Source: an uncultured delta proteobacterium
Lineage (GTDB): Bacteria; Desulfobacterota; Binatia; Binatales; Binataceae
Direction: 5' to 3'
Length of the DNA: 64,000 nt
Assembly (NCBI GenBank): GCA_963711565.1
Contig: CAVQEQ010000003.1
Coordinates: forward strand, 1,056,001-1,120,000
The notes under the pieces were generated by a model. It was not told the origin of the DNA. It did not search any database and saw only the letters and a list, made by a program, of their open reading frames with translations. Below are positions 49,684 through 59,841 of the stretch, one piece after another (positions within the stretch are counted from its first letter, which is position 1; the number at the start of each line of letters is the position of its first letter). Position numbers and translations under genes: made by a program.

Positions 49684-49691
49684 ATCGTTCT

Positions 49692-50096
49692 CTACTCGGC
49701 GGGCGGCTGCGCGTATTCGACCAGCACGCCGCGCGTGGCCTTGGGGTGCAGAAAGCAGATCATGCCCGCCAGGCCCTTGCGAGGATTCTGATCGATTAGC
49801 TGGATACCCTTGCCGCGTGCCGCTTCGAGCTCACGGACAACGTCGTCGGTCTCGAAGCATACGTGATGCAGGCCGCCGCCGCGCCGCGCGAGAAATTTGC
49901 CCACTGCATTCTCCGGGTCGAGCGGCTCGAGCAGTTCGATCTCGCTCTCGCCGGCCTTGAGCAGAGCGGCGCGGACGCCCTGCTCTTCAATCGTGGCGCT
50001 CTTCGTGAAATGCAGGCCGAGCGTGTCGCGCCAGAATTTCAAGCCAGCGTCGAGATTCGGCACGACGACGCCGATGTGGTGAATCTTCTTCAGCAT
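49692..50096 (-). CDS. mce: Methylmalonyl-CoA epimerase
   Basis: IHHIGVVV, IELLEP, GLHHVCF, FLHPKATRGVLVE. Confidence 0.9.
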   Translation of the reverse strand: MLKKIHHIGVVVPNLDAGLKFWRDTLGLHFTKSATIEEQGVRAALLKAGESEIELLEPLDPENAVGKFLARRGGGLHHVCFETDDVVRELEAARGKGIQLIDQNPRKGLAGMICFLHPKATRGVLVEYAQPPAE

Positions 50097-50104
50097 CTCA
50101 GCCG

Positions 50105-52528
50105 CTACTGGCCCTGGTGATCGAGGCATAGCGAGCGCTGCAGCTTATCCCACCTGACCTTCATGTCGTCCGAGCCCAAGGTAGGATGCTCGGCGCGCGT
50201 TTGTGCCAGCTTGCTGCATGCACCAGAGATGTTGCCCTGCTTCGAGTAAATCACAGCAAGGTGATACTTCGCTTCGTACCAGAGCGGGTCGGATTCGGCG
50301 GCAGTGTTCTCGACCGCGGTCCACCGTTCGTTTGCTTCCTTCCAATCACCCTTGGCTTCCGCGCGACGAGCCAGACCTGCGTTCGCATCGGGCGAGGCCG
50401 GATCGGCCTTCACGACCTCTTCGAAGACCTTGTCCGCCTCGTCGTCATTGCCGGTAGCTTGAAGCGCCTGGGCGTAGATCGACAGCGTACCCGTCAGATT
50501 CTTGGTCGGGATCTTGCCCGACGCGGCCATTTCGGCGAAGCCCTTATACGCAGTCGCGGTCAGCTTCGCGTTGGCGAGATATGTCTTCTGGTCGTTGTCG
50601 TCCTTGGCCGCCTGCGCGGTCTTCCAGAACTCGATTCCAAGTCCCTTGACGAAATCCTGCTTGGAGGTGTCGCTCATGCTGCGTTCGACGAGCGCGGCAA
50701 CGTCGGTATTAACTTCGTCATACCTGCCAAGGTGATCGAGCGCCGTGATGCGCCAATCGACCACGTCCTGGAACTTCGCGCTCATCATCGGGTAATTCGT
50801 TTCGTAGCCGACCAGCAGCGGCGCAACCTGCGCGTAATCGACATGCTCTTGATCTTCTTCGAGGATCGAAGCGAGCATGTAGGTCGCTTCGCCGCGAATC
50901 TCGCGCACCGCCCTCTTGGCGGCGGCAGTATTGGCCGTTGCCTCGGCGTCGTGCCCCATCTTGATCGATTCGTTCAGGTCCGCGACCGCCAGCTTTCTGA
51001 GTTGATCGGTATCGACCTTGGGCGCCGATTTGCTTGCCTTGGCAGTCTCGCCCGCGCCCACGAGTATCTTGTAGTAGCATTCGGCGGCTTTGAACTTGGC
51101 GGTGAAGGTAAACTCAGGGTCGCCCTTGACCTTCGAATACATCTCGGCAGCTCCGAGGAGATCGCCTTGCCGCTGTTTGCGCTCGGCCAACGCCACGCCC
51201 ATCTCGGCGGCATGCTCGCCATTTGGATTTTTCTGCAGGTAATCCTGCGCGTCCTTCGACCACTGATCTTCCAGCGCAGTATCCTTCTCACCGCCCTGCT
51301 CCCATCGGTTATGCTGGAGGCTGAACTTCACGTACTCGGCCCATTGCGCATCGCCGCCGCCGGCCGATGCAATCTTGCTGAGCATCGCCTCGACCTGGTC
51401 GTAGCGCTTCTCGCGCAGATAGATGTCGATGGCGAACTTGTAGGCCTTGGGATATTTCCCGCTGGCGCCCGCCTCCTCATAGTACTTCGCGGCGCCGGCC
51501 TCGTCTTTGCGCGAGAGCAGCACCGCGGCGAGCAGCCACTTCTCGAACGGATCGCTCGAACTGCCGAATTCCTCGACGGCGTTGCTCGGGAACTTGGAGG
51601 CCGCAGCTACATCGACCGCCCATCCTTCCTTGTCGTTCTGCTTGGCCTCCATCAGGTCGATGATCTGCTTGTGATAGGCGGCCTTCTTTGCAGGATCGCT
51701 GGTCGCGCGTTCAGCGCTGAACAGGGTCTGCAACTGAAGCATGAACTGGCCGGATCCCGCGTGCGCGCCGCCCTCCATCGGCAGCGTCTTGGCGGCCTCT
51801 TCAGCATTGCCCATCTTGGCGTAGGTCGTGGAGAGTCCCTGGCGCGCCGCGTTGTATTGCTGCGTCCCTGGACCGTCGTCCATTATTTTCTTGAAGTCGG
51901 CGATCGCGTTGTTGTATTCGTTGTGATCGAACTTGCCCAGCTCGCGCTCGCAGTACGCACGGCCGAGCGTGTTCTCGCGGATCAGGTTGGGATCGGGCAT
52001 CGCCAGCATGCTGTTGGTGAAACCGTCGATCGACTCGTTGAGCAGTTTCTTCGATTGTTCGGCGTCATCGTCGAACAGGGTGGTCGCCGCGGTGAATCGC
52101 AGCCAGGCCAGCGGATATGCGGCGCGCAAGGCCAACTGCTCGGGCTGGTCGTAGTCGCACTGCCCGCCGTTGTCGATCGTGTTGATGCAATCGTCCTTCT
52201 TCTTCGAATAGGTCGTCTGCATCCGATCGAGCATTCCCTCGAGCTGATGGAAAAGCGGTATCAGCGAGCCCTTGTCAACCTTGCCGCTCAACGTCAGCTT
52301 GGCGAAATCCGCCTCGGCACTGTCGAGACGGCTGATCACCTGGTCGGCGGTCGATGCGTTGTTTTCGGCCGAGGACATCTGGCCCGAGAGACTCGAAAGC
52401 TCTCCTTCGAGCTGACTGGAGCTCTGCGCCGCGGCGATGCCGGCGGTGAAAACAAGCGCGAAAAATGCGATTAGCATCGCGGTCAGGCGATGCGAAAAAA
52501 GCGGACGGTTCATTTGTATGGTCCCCAA
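50105..52528 (-). CDS. Large secreted TPR-repeat protein
   Basis: Signal peptide; repeated helical TPR-like units such as WYEAKYHLA. Confidence 0.75.
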   Translation of the reverse strand: MGTIQMNRPLFSHRLTAMLIAFFALVFTAGIAAAQSSSQLEGELSSLSGQMSSAENNASTADQVISRLDSAEADFAKLTLSGKVDKGSLIPLFHQLEGMLDRMQTTYSKKKDDCINTIDNGGQCDYDQPEQLALRAAYPLAWLRFTAATTLFDDDAEQSKKLLNESIDGFTNSMLAMPDPNLIRENTLGRAYCERELGKFDHNEYNNAIADFKKIMDDGPGTQQYNAARQGLSTTYAKMGNAEEAAKTLPMEGGAHAGSGQFMLQLQTLFSAERATSDPAKKAAYHKQIIDLMEAKQNDKEGWAVDVAAASKFPSNAVEEFGSSSDPFEKWLLAAVLLSRKDEAGAAKYYEEAGASGKYPKAYKFAIDIYLREKRYDQVEAMLSKIASAGGGDAQWAEYVKFSLQHNRWEQGGEKDTALEDQWSKDAQDYLQKNPNGEHAAEMGVALAERKQRQGDLLGAAEMYSKVKGDPEFTFTAKFKAAECYYKILVGAGETAKASKSAPKVDTDQLRKLAVADLNESIKMGHDAEATANTAAAKRAVREIRGEATYMLASILEEDQEHVDYAQVAPLLVGYETNYPMMSAKFQDVVDWRITALDHLGRYDEVNTDVAALVERSMSDTSKQDFVKGLGIEFWKTAQAAKDDNDQKTYLANAKLTATAYKGFAEMAASGKIPTKNLTGTLSIYAQALQATGNDDEADKVFEEVVKADPASPDANAGLARRAEAKGDWKEANERWTAVENTAAESDPLWYEAKYHLAVIYSKQGNISGACSKLAQTRAEHPTLGSDDMKVRWDKLQRSLCLDHQGQ

Positions 52529-52591
52529 AATACTGTTCCCCAGGGAAATTTGGCCTTAACTAAGGATAACGCGGCGATAACGTCAAGCGAC

Positions 52592-53309
52592 TTACAATCC
52601 TCTCGCAAGTTCATGGATGCTGGCAAGCGAACGAATTCGGGCGGTGCGGCCCGCGATCAACGGCTTGGCCCGCCGATCTTCGCGATCGATCAGCACCGCA
52701 GCCATGCCGAGGGCCGCCGCCGGCGCGAAGTCGAGATGCTCCGAATCGCCGACATGCATCGCGTCGGGCGCGGTCACGCCTCCAAATGCAAGGGCAGCGT
52801 CGTAAATCTCCCGCCGCGGCTTCGCATAGCCGGCTTCGGAGGAAATCGTGATCGAATCGAAGTAACGGGTCAGTTCGAGGCCGTCGAGAATTCGATACAG
52901 GCGATAGTCGAAGTTGGAGATCACGCCGAGTTTGAATCCATCATTCTTTAGACGTGCGAGCATCGGAGCAGCTTCAACATCGGCAATCCAATGGCCGGGA
53001 TCGGCGAGATGGGCAAAAAGGGCGTCGAAGTAAGCGTCGAAGTCTGGGAATTTGCCAATCGGCGCGAACGTTTCGCCCACACGCTCCCGCCACCATTGGC
53101 GCTCGAGCCGTCGCAGTTCGTCATGCCGAAGTCCGAGCCCGAACGCCAACCCCGGCGCCGCACCGAAAGCACGGCGAAAGCCGGCGGCGACGGCCTCCTC
53201 GGAGAACGTTGAGGCCGAAATCCCGTGCCAGGCTTGCGTACGTGCGTCCGATAGGCTCGCGCGACTCGAACAGCGTGCCGGCAGCGTCGAAGAATACGGC
53301 GCGAATCAT
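52592..53309 (-). pseudogene. HAD-IA (REG-2-like) hydrolase split by a +1 frameshift near 53205
   Basis: The N-terminal FDAAGTL (ORF 53121-53309) and C-terminal ISNFD/KP/HVGDS (ORF 52592-53149) join in frame if one base is removed. Confidence 0.85.
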
Positions 53310-53513
53310 ACGATTCAGTTTATTGGAGCCTTTTCAGAATACGAAACCTCGAGAGGCTATCGCGGTTTGTTCCATTTGTGTTCTGGTGTGAGAGTGGCGT
53401 TCAAATTCACCTGGCGTCAATTGATCGTTAATGTCTCGGTAACGTCGATTTGGCAGAACTCACCTACGGTCGCGGTCATTCGAACGCCACCAAAAGGAAG
53501 AAAGAGAGAACCT

Positions 53514-53870
53514 ATGGGCATGCGGAAAACCGCGATTGTGGCATTCGTGGCGTTGGCCGGGATGAGCGCACCGCTTCTACAGAACGTGTCGTTTGCGCAG
53601 GGCGCACCGGCCGCAATGGCAACCGAAGCGATGGCGTCCAGCTTGTCAGCGGCGGACAAGGATGCGCTCATCAAAAAGCTTGCGGATGCTAAGGCACGTG
53701 ACAAGCGGGCGCGCAAGCAATATTCGACGGAGCCGTTGACCCAGGCCGGGTACGACCGGAAGATCGCTCAGATAAACCGCTTGACCGCAAAGCTGAACAA
53801 GGGCCAGGACTTCCCTCTGAGCGACGCCGACAAAGCGGTTGAGTCACCGGGTAAGCCGGAACCCAACTGA
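53514..53870 (+). CDS. Secreted hypothetical protein
   Basis: Signal peptide MGMRKTAIVAFVALAG; helical, Lys-rich. Confidence 0.65.
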   Translation: MGMRKTAIVAFVALAGMSAPLLQNVSFAQGAPAAMATEAMASSLSAADKDALIKKLADAKARDKRARKQYSTEPLTQAGYDRKIAQINRLTAKLNKGQDFPLSDADKAVESPGKPEPN

Positions 53871-54230
53871 CCCTGGTGCCTTATTCAATCCGCTTTGTTG
53901 GCAAATTAAGCCCTTGGCGGATTCAATTGGCGCCACCTATCCTCCGTCGAGGGTGAAATGACGCCAGCACCTACGGGGTTCAACTGATTTCCTGCCGTTC
54001 GCCAATCGGCTAGCATCTCCCCGCAATGCCGCTCGACGACAAAGCCGGCGCTCCCGCTTCTGCTTCGCGTTCTGCTGCCGCGCACGTCGAACCGCCGAAG
54101 ATCTACATCCCGGCGTGTGGCGTGCTATGCGATATTTTCTGGTGGGCACGCCGCGATCCTTCCACCGATAAGCAGGATCCACTTCCCGCTTCGGACGATA
54201 GGAGGCGCAAATCCTGAGAAGTCCCCTGTG

Positions 54231-55964
54231 ATGGATGTCGCAAAAAGATCCGTCATTGCGGCTCTGCTCCTCGCCACAATCGCAGCCGCTCCCGCACGCG
54301 CTGCGGAGAAGCGGGAAATTCGCTACCATCCGCACGAACTGCACTTCGGGAAAGTCGAGGTAGGCACGTCTTCGGACGTCAAGTCGGTCAAGCTGAGAAA
54401 TCTCGACGACGTGACGATTACGATACAAAAAATTTCAGTGACTGTAGGCGACGATGCATTCGTCATCACCGATGGGACCAACAGATGCTTCAACATGGTA
54501 TTCGCACCGGGCGCAAACTGCCTGATTTACGTGGTGTTCGTCCCGCCCGCGGATTCCGAACAAGGAGAGGAGGAGGGCGGCGATTTAACGATTGTATCGG
54601 AGCCTCTTAACGGGAACGTGGCCCATCAGGTTGTGGACCTTGAAGGGACTGCGGTGAGACCGAAGAAGATGAAAAAGCATAAGCCGACGCCAACTGCCAC
54701 TCCGACTGCAACTGTCCCACCCACTCCGACAGCCTCACCGACGCGGACCGCGTCGCCAACCGCCACCACGACCGCAACCACGACCGCGACGCCGACCGCG
54801 ACACCGACTACTGCGCTCGTAGGCGTGGGGAATTTCTCGTCAAACAACGTCGAGTTTTTCTTGTACTACCCGGGTCCGAAAGGATTCTCTCCGACGCCCG
54901 GTGACAACAATGTGGCTCCGCTCGCCACTATCGCCGGCGCAAATACCGGCCTGAACTCGCCCTACGGCATAGCGCTGGATGCAAATAACAACATCTACGT
55001 GGCGAACAGGTTCGGCGGACCGGCACTCCAGGGCAGCATCACGATCTATCCTGCGCTGGGAAGTAGCACCGGCACACTGAACGAATCTCCCGTCGCGACC
55101 ATCGTCGGCCAGCCCAACATCGGGTGTACTGCCGCCGGAGTTCCGTTCGCTTGCTGTACCGGTGACGAGATCGGCACCTGCGTCAACAATACCCAGCTCT
55201 CACAGCCCACCGGCATCATCGTGGATGGAGCAACCGGGACCATCTTTGTGGCGAATCTCGACGGTGGGACTGGCTTCCAGGGAAGTATCAACGTCTATCC
55301 CCCGCTGGGAGGCAGCACCGGCACTCTGAATGAGTCGCCAACCGCGATTGTCGCCGGACAATTCAACAGCGCATGTATCGCGGCCGGCAATCCTTACGCG
55401 TGTTGTAGCGGCTCCGGGACCGGCACCTGCACCGACAACACCGGCTTGGAGAACCCCACGGGCCTCGATCTGATTTTCAATCCAAGCTCTGAAATGGTGG
55501 ACCTCTACGTGACAAACTCCACGGGCGGACCGCCGGGCTGTTCCGCCACGTCCAGCTGCAACGGCAGCATCACCGCCTACTCGCCGGCCCTCAGCGCCAA
55601 CGGCAACGCGACGCCCTCCGTAATTCTGACGGGGTCCAATACGCAGTTGTCCGCGCCGCAGGGACTCAGCCACAATGAGGATACTAACCTCTTTGTAACC
55701 AACGGCTTTAACAACACTGTGACATCATATCCGTCGGGGACTAGCGGCAACCTCGTACCAATTTTCTCGATCACGGGCGACCTCGAGGGGCCCGAGGGCA
55801 TCGTTAACGCTTCAGTGGAAGGGAACGAGCTAACCTTCGTGGTCAATTACAGCGGTCCCGGCGTCAACGTGTATGACTCCTCGGGGGACCTGCTAGGCAC
55901 GCTCACCGGCAACAACACCGGTCTCAGTGGCCCGCTCGGGATGGTGGTCCTTCCAGCGCCGTAG
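54231..55964 (+). CDS. Secreted protein: Ig-like (choice-of-anchor D/ASH-type) domain, Thr-Pro linker, NHL-type beta-propeller
   Basis: LHFGKVEVG...C...C...F.P domain; (TPTA)n linker; repeats NTGLNSPYGIALD..IYVAN. Confidence 0.8.
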   Translation: MDVAKRSVIAALLLATIAAAPARAAEKREIRYHPHELHFGKVEVGTSSDVKSVKLRNLDDVTITIQKISVTVGDDAFVITDGTNRCFNMVFAPGANCLIYVVFVPPADSEQGEEEGGDLTIVSEPLNGNVAHQVVDLEGTAVRPKKMKKHKPTPTATPTATVPPTPTASPTRTASPTATTTATTTATPTATPTTALVGVGNFSSNNVEFFLYYPGPKGFSPTPGDNNVAPLATIAGANTGLNSPYGIALDANNNIYVANRFGGPALQGSITIYPALGSSTGTLNESPVATIVGQPNIGCTAAGVPFACCTGDEIGTCVNNTQLSQPTGIIVDGATGTIFVANLDGGTGFQGSINVYPPLGGSTGTLNESPTAIVAGQFNSACIAAGNPYACCSGSGTGTCTDNTGLENPTGLDLIFNPSSEMVDLYVTNSTGGPPGCSATSSCNGSITAYSPALSANGNATPSVILTGSNTQLSAPQGLSHNEDTNLFVTNGFNNTVTSYPSGTSGNLVPIFSITGDLEGPEGIVNASVEGNELTFVVNYSGPGVNVYDSSGDLLGTLTGNNTGLSGPLGMVVLPAP

Positions 55965-55970
55965 AGACCG

Positions 55971-56846
55971 CTATTGCAAGCCGTCCCAGATCTGGATCAG
56001 CACGCCGAAAGCTGACTGTGGCGAGATGAAGTATTGACGCTCGCCGCGCCAGTTCTTCTTTTCATCCACCACGCGGACGCCATCGCGTTTTAGTTTCTCG
56101 CGCGTCTCGTCGAAACTTTTAAGGTCGAGCGACACGTGATGCATCCCCTCGCCGTAGCGCGCGATAAACTTGCCGACGAAATCGTTGTCGGGCTTGTGCG
56201 CCGGGCTCTGGATGAATTCGAGCTTGAAGCCGGCGACCTCGAGATGACCTAGGTCGAAGTTGCCCTCTGAATTGCTCGTGTGAATCTCGTGGCTGATTTT
56301 CGTCCCGGGAAAGTAGCTCGTGAAAAACTTGTAGGCCGCGGCAATGTCCTTGACCGCAAGCGACACGTGATCGAAATACGCCAGGCCGTCGGGCGCCGGC
56401 TTGGGATGCGCCTGCTCCCAGTTCGGCGTGTGCCAGAACTGAATCAGCGCGCCGAAAGCGGATCGCGGCGAGATGAACGCGGTCGCCGAACCTGAATCGT
56501 ACTTCTGCTCGTCAACCACGCGCACGCCGCCCGCCTTCAGATTGGCAACGAGCGCGTCGAGACCGTCCGTCTCGATCGACAAATGATGCATCCCCTCGCC
56601 GTGGCGCTCGATAAACTTGGTGACGAAGCCGGGCTTGCCGGGCGGGTCCTCGATCAGCTCGACGACGAATCCGCCGAGATGAAAATCCTGCCAGTAGAAC
56701 GATCCGCTGACCTGCTCGTCGAGCGACTTGGCGCCGCGCAACTTGATCGGAAAGTACTTCGCGAAGAAATCGTAGGCGCGGTCGATGGACTTCACCGCGA
56801 TCGAAACATGATCGAACCTCAAGCGAACATTGTCAGTCGCAGCCAT
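55971..56846 (-). CDS. Tandem two-domain VOC family protein (methylmalonyl-CoA epimerase-like)
   Basis: Duplicated FDHVS.AVK...GEGMHH.S...FISP.SAFG.LIQ. Confidence 0.88.
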   Translation of the reverse strand: MAATDNVRLRFDHVSIAVKSIDRAYDFFAKYFPIKLRGAKSLDEQVSGSFYWQDFHLGGFVVELIEDPPGKPGFVTKFIERHGEGMHHLSIETDGLDALVANLKAGGVRVVDEQKYDSGSATAFISPRSAFGALIQFWHTPNWEQAHPKPAPDGLAYFDHVSLAVKDIAAAYKFFTSYFPGTKISHEIHTSNSEGNFDLGHLEVAGFKLEFIQSPAHKPDNDFVGKFIARYGEGMHHVSLDLKSFDETREKLKRDGVRVVDEKKNWRGERQYFISPQSAFGVLIQIWDGLQ

Positions 56847-57015
56847 GCTGAAACGAATCTCCCTTCGACAAAATTGTGCGCCTTACTTCGCGGCGCGTCC
56901 GGGCCGGAAGCGCCACAGTAGCCGGAACGAGTTGCGCAAAACCAGCGGCCATCCGTTGGCGATTTTCCCGGCGTACATGCGAACTGATTGATCGACGCGC
57001 GAGATTGTCGGCACG

Positions 57016-57672
57016 TCAAAGAAATTCGAGCCTCGCGTCCAGCCGCCCGTCTTCGGTGCGCACAACTATATAGCCACCGCCCTTGAACGGGCCCGCGTTG
57101 AAAATCTGCGTCGGACCGATCCGATCGACCCCCGCCGACTCGTGGATGTGCCCCGAGATGCAAACGTCGGGCTTTACCTCTTCGATAAATTGGCGTGCGG
57201 CGGTGCTGCCGACCGGCTTGCCGCTCATGATTCGATCGCACTTCGTATCGAACGGCGGCGTGTGACAGATCATCAGGAGCGGACGCACGTCGCGCACGAA
57301 GTCGTAGCCGGCGCGCAGCGTCGAGTAGATTTCGTCTTCGCTCAGCTCGGTGGGAGTGCCGAACGGCGTGATGTTCGAGCCGCCGCATCCGAAGATGCCG
57401 ACGCCCTCGATGACGCGGCCCTTCCCGTGCAGCGCGATCCCGTCCTGCTCCAGAAACGGGATCACCTCGCGCTGGTCGAGATTTCCCGACACCGCCAGCA
57501 CGGCAGGACACGCGCGGCGAACGTCGGTGATCACCTTGCGCGCGTCGTCGATGCCGCCGAAGTTGGTGAGATCGCCCGACAGGATTATCAAATCGCAATC
57601 GCGCATCACCTCGCCCATCCGCTCGAGATTGCGAGTCGCCATGTGAACGTCGCCGAAGGAAATGATCTTCAT
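57016..57672 (-). CDS. Calcineurin-like metallophosphoesterase
   Basis: GDVH, SGDLT, GNLD, CHTPP, GHIHE. Confidence 0.9.
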   Translation of the reverse strand: MKIISFGDVHMATRNLERMGEVMRDCDLIILSGDLTNFGGIDDARKVITDVRRACPAVLAVSGNLDQREVIPFLEQDGIALHGKGRVIEGVGIFGCGGSNITPFGTPTELSEDEIYSTLRAGYDFVRDVRPLLMICHTPPFDTKCDRIMSGKPVGSTAARQFIEEVKPDVCISGHIHESAGVDRIGPTQIFNAGPFKGGGYIVVRTEDGRLDARLEFL

Positions 57673-57733
57673 CGCAATAACTTAATTCTAGTGAAACCCA
57701 AAGCATGATTCACGCGCTTTTTCCTTGCCCGTG

Positions 57734-57998
57734 ATCCTAACCTCTCCTTGTCCGAGGAGAGGTCGGCGTAAGCCGCGCAGCGGTGTCGCCGGGTGAGGTG
57801 CAACGCACGACAGCGCGCAAATCCCAACTCGTTTAACCGCAATTGTTGGACACTCAGGCCGCCTTCAGAAAGCAGCGTCACTTTCTGACTTGCTGCAAAA
57901 ACTACAACGCGCTTCTTCGCGACGGCCAGCGTTGCACCTCACCCGTCGCTCGCCTTCGGCTCGCGCCGACCTCCCCTCGGACAAGGGGAGGTCAGGAT
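57734..57998. mobile_element. 265-bp non-autonomous element (REPIN/MITE-like) with about 70-bp inverted subfamily B termini
   Basis: Left arm 57734-57806 and right arm 57929-57998 are reverse complements apart from a variable internal hairpin; 122-bp spacer. Confidence 0.75.
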
Positions 57999-58048
57999 TC
58001 AGACCCGCCACCCTTCCCTTGCGCCAACCGGAACCGCATAACCAGAGG

Positions 58049-58816
58049 ATGGCGTCGCGCGACAAATTTGCGTTCGTGCTGTATCGGCCGCAGTCGGCCG
58101 GCAATATCGGCGCGGCGGCGCGGGCGCTCAAGAATATGGGCTTCGACGATCTGCGCCTGGTCGGACGCGGACCGCTCAACGATCGCGAGGCCGTAAAGAT
58201 GGCGGTACATGCCGATGACCTCCTCGCGAACGCAACCGTTTATCCCGATCTCGCCGCAGCGCTCGCCGATTGCTCGCTCGCCGTCGGCACGACCAGCCGC
58301 CGCGGCGGTTATCGCAGCCGCGCGACCCCGCTGCGCCCCGCTGCCGCGGAACTCGACGCACTGGCAGGCGCGAACAAGGTCGCGATCGTCTTTGGCCGCG
58401 AAGATCGCGGACTGACCAATCGCGAGCTCAAACTGTGCCATCGCCTGATCACGATCCCAACCGCGCCTGAATATCCGTCGCTCAACCTCGCGCAAGCGGT
58501 GATGGTCGTCGCGTACGAGCTGATGATGGCGGCGACTGCTGCGGTCTCATCCCCGCGCGCGCCCGAGTTCGTGGCCGCATCGGTGAGCGACCCGATGCTC
58601 GAGCGGATGGCGGAGGCGCTGGTCTCGATCGGTTTTATTCCCGACGACAACCCGGACCATATCATGCTCGCGATCCGCGAGATTTTCGGCCGCAGCGGAT
58701 TGACCGCGCGCGAGGTCGAGATTCTCAACGGCATGGCGCGGCAGATGCGATGGGTCGCCGAGGGGGGGCATCGCACGCTCGCGGAGAAACGTCGCGCGGG
58801 CAAGAAGTTGAGATGA
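58049..58816 (+). CDS. trmJ: SPOUT RNA methyltransferase, TrmJ/LasT family
   Basis: GNIGAAARALKNMG, FGREDRGLTN, YPSLNLAQAV. Confidence 0.9.
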   Translation: MASRDKFAFVLYRPQSAGNIGAAARALKNMGFDDLRLVGRGPLNDREAVKMAVHADDLLANATVYPDLAAALADCSLAVGTTSRRGGYRSRATPLRPAAAELDALAGANKVAIVFGREDRGLTNRELKLCHRLITIPTAPEYPSLNLAQAVMVVAYELMMAATAAVSSPRAPEFVAASVSDPMLERMAEALVSIGFIPDDNPDHIMLAIREIFGRSGLTAREVEILNGMARQMRWVAEGGHRTLAEKRRAGKKLR

Positions 58817-58879
58817 CTCTCTCGTGGTTTCCACGTGCATGCGCGATGCGCGATAATCAGCTGAAGACGTGAATCGCAA

Positions 58880-59140
58880 ATGGCCGAGATAATCGATTTT
58901 GCCGAGATCCAGGAGGCGCGGCGCAAAGCCCGCGCGCGCATCCCCGAGCGCGAAAACCTGGAGCGTGCGGTGCAGCTGATGCGCGAGAACCTGGCCGCCG
59001 TCGCCGCCGAGATGGCCGACGCGCCGCGCGAAGAGCAGGCCGAACTGCTGACCCGGGTCGAGCGGCTGGTGGCGATGATTCGCTATGGAATGCGAATGCT
59101 CGGCGAGCCGGCCGCTGCCCGCTGGAACGCTGGCGGCTGA
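58880..59140 (+). CDS. Small helical hypothetical protein
   Basis: Typical codon usage; ends 2 bp upstream of the next gene. Confidence 0.65.
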   Translation: MAEIIDFAEIQEARRKARARIPERENLERAVQLMRENLAAVAAEMADAPREEQAELLTRVERLVAMIRYGMRMLGEPAAARWNAGG

Positions 59141-59142
59141 AT

Positions 59143-59790
59143 GTGGACGAAGGCCTGACGCTCAGAATTACCGGCGTCGAATCGGGCGACGAGATCGCCG
59201 GCGCGCGCAAAGTGACGATCAAAACGACGCGCGGCGCGATTCCGCTGATACTGCATTCCGCGCCGGAGAAGGGGCGGGCCGTGCTGTGCGTCAGCGGCGC
59301 GATGGGCGGATACAACGGTCCCTCGATGCTCTACCCGCGGCTCGGACTGGAGATGCCAAAACGCGGATTCACCATCGCGCGACTGGATTATCGCGCGCCC
59401 AATGAGTTCGGCGAATGCCTGCTCGATGCGATGGCGGCGTTGAGCTTTCTCGGCGGAATCGGCAACCATCGCGTCGCTCTGATCGGGCATTCGTTCGGTG
59501 GCGCGGTCGCGATCAACGCGGGCACGGTCAGTCCAATCGTCACGACGGTTATCGCGCTGTCGAGCCAGCTCGCGGGCGCGCACGTGGTCGGCGAGCTCGC
59601 GCCCAAACCGTTGCTGTTGATTCATGGCGGGGCGGACACGATTCTCTCGCCCGAAAGCTCGCAGGCCCTTTACGATCGCGCGGGCGAGCCGAAGACGATC
59701 AGGATTTTACCCGGCGTCGGACACGGCCTGGCGGAAGCGCACGACGAAGTATTCGACCTGCTCAGCGACTGGCTATCGCAAAAAGTTTGA
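59143..59790 (+). CDS. Alpha/beta hydrolase
   Basis: GHSFGG, IHGGAD, GVGH. Confidence 0.88.
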   Translation: MDEGLTLRITGVESGDEIAGARKVTIKTTRGAIPLILHSAPEKGRAVLCVSGAMGGYNGPSMLYPRLGLEMPKRGFTIARLDYRAPNEFGECLLDAMAALSFLGGIGNHRVALIGHSFGGAVAINAGTVSPIVTTVIALSSQLAGAHVVGELAPKPLLLIHGGADTILSPESSQALYDRAGEPKTIRILPGVGHGLAEAHDEVFDLLSDWLSQKV

Positions 59791-59841
59791 GCCTGAACGG
59801 CTATTCACTGCGGCGACCGCGTCAATATAAAGTGATGCGCG

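Noticed and set aside
50186-52474. 762-aa plus-strand ORF (similarly 19163-20728, 5278-6405, 29445-30656, 27883-28968)
   Set aside because: Antisense shadows of real genes, expected in high-GC DNA; they carry no recognisable motifs.
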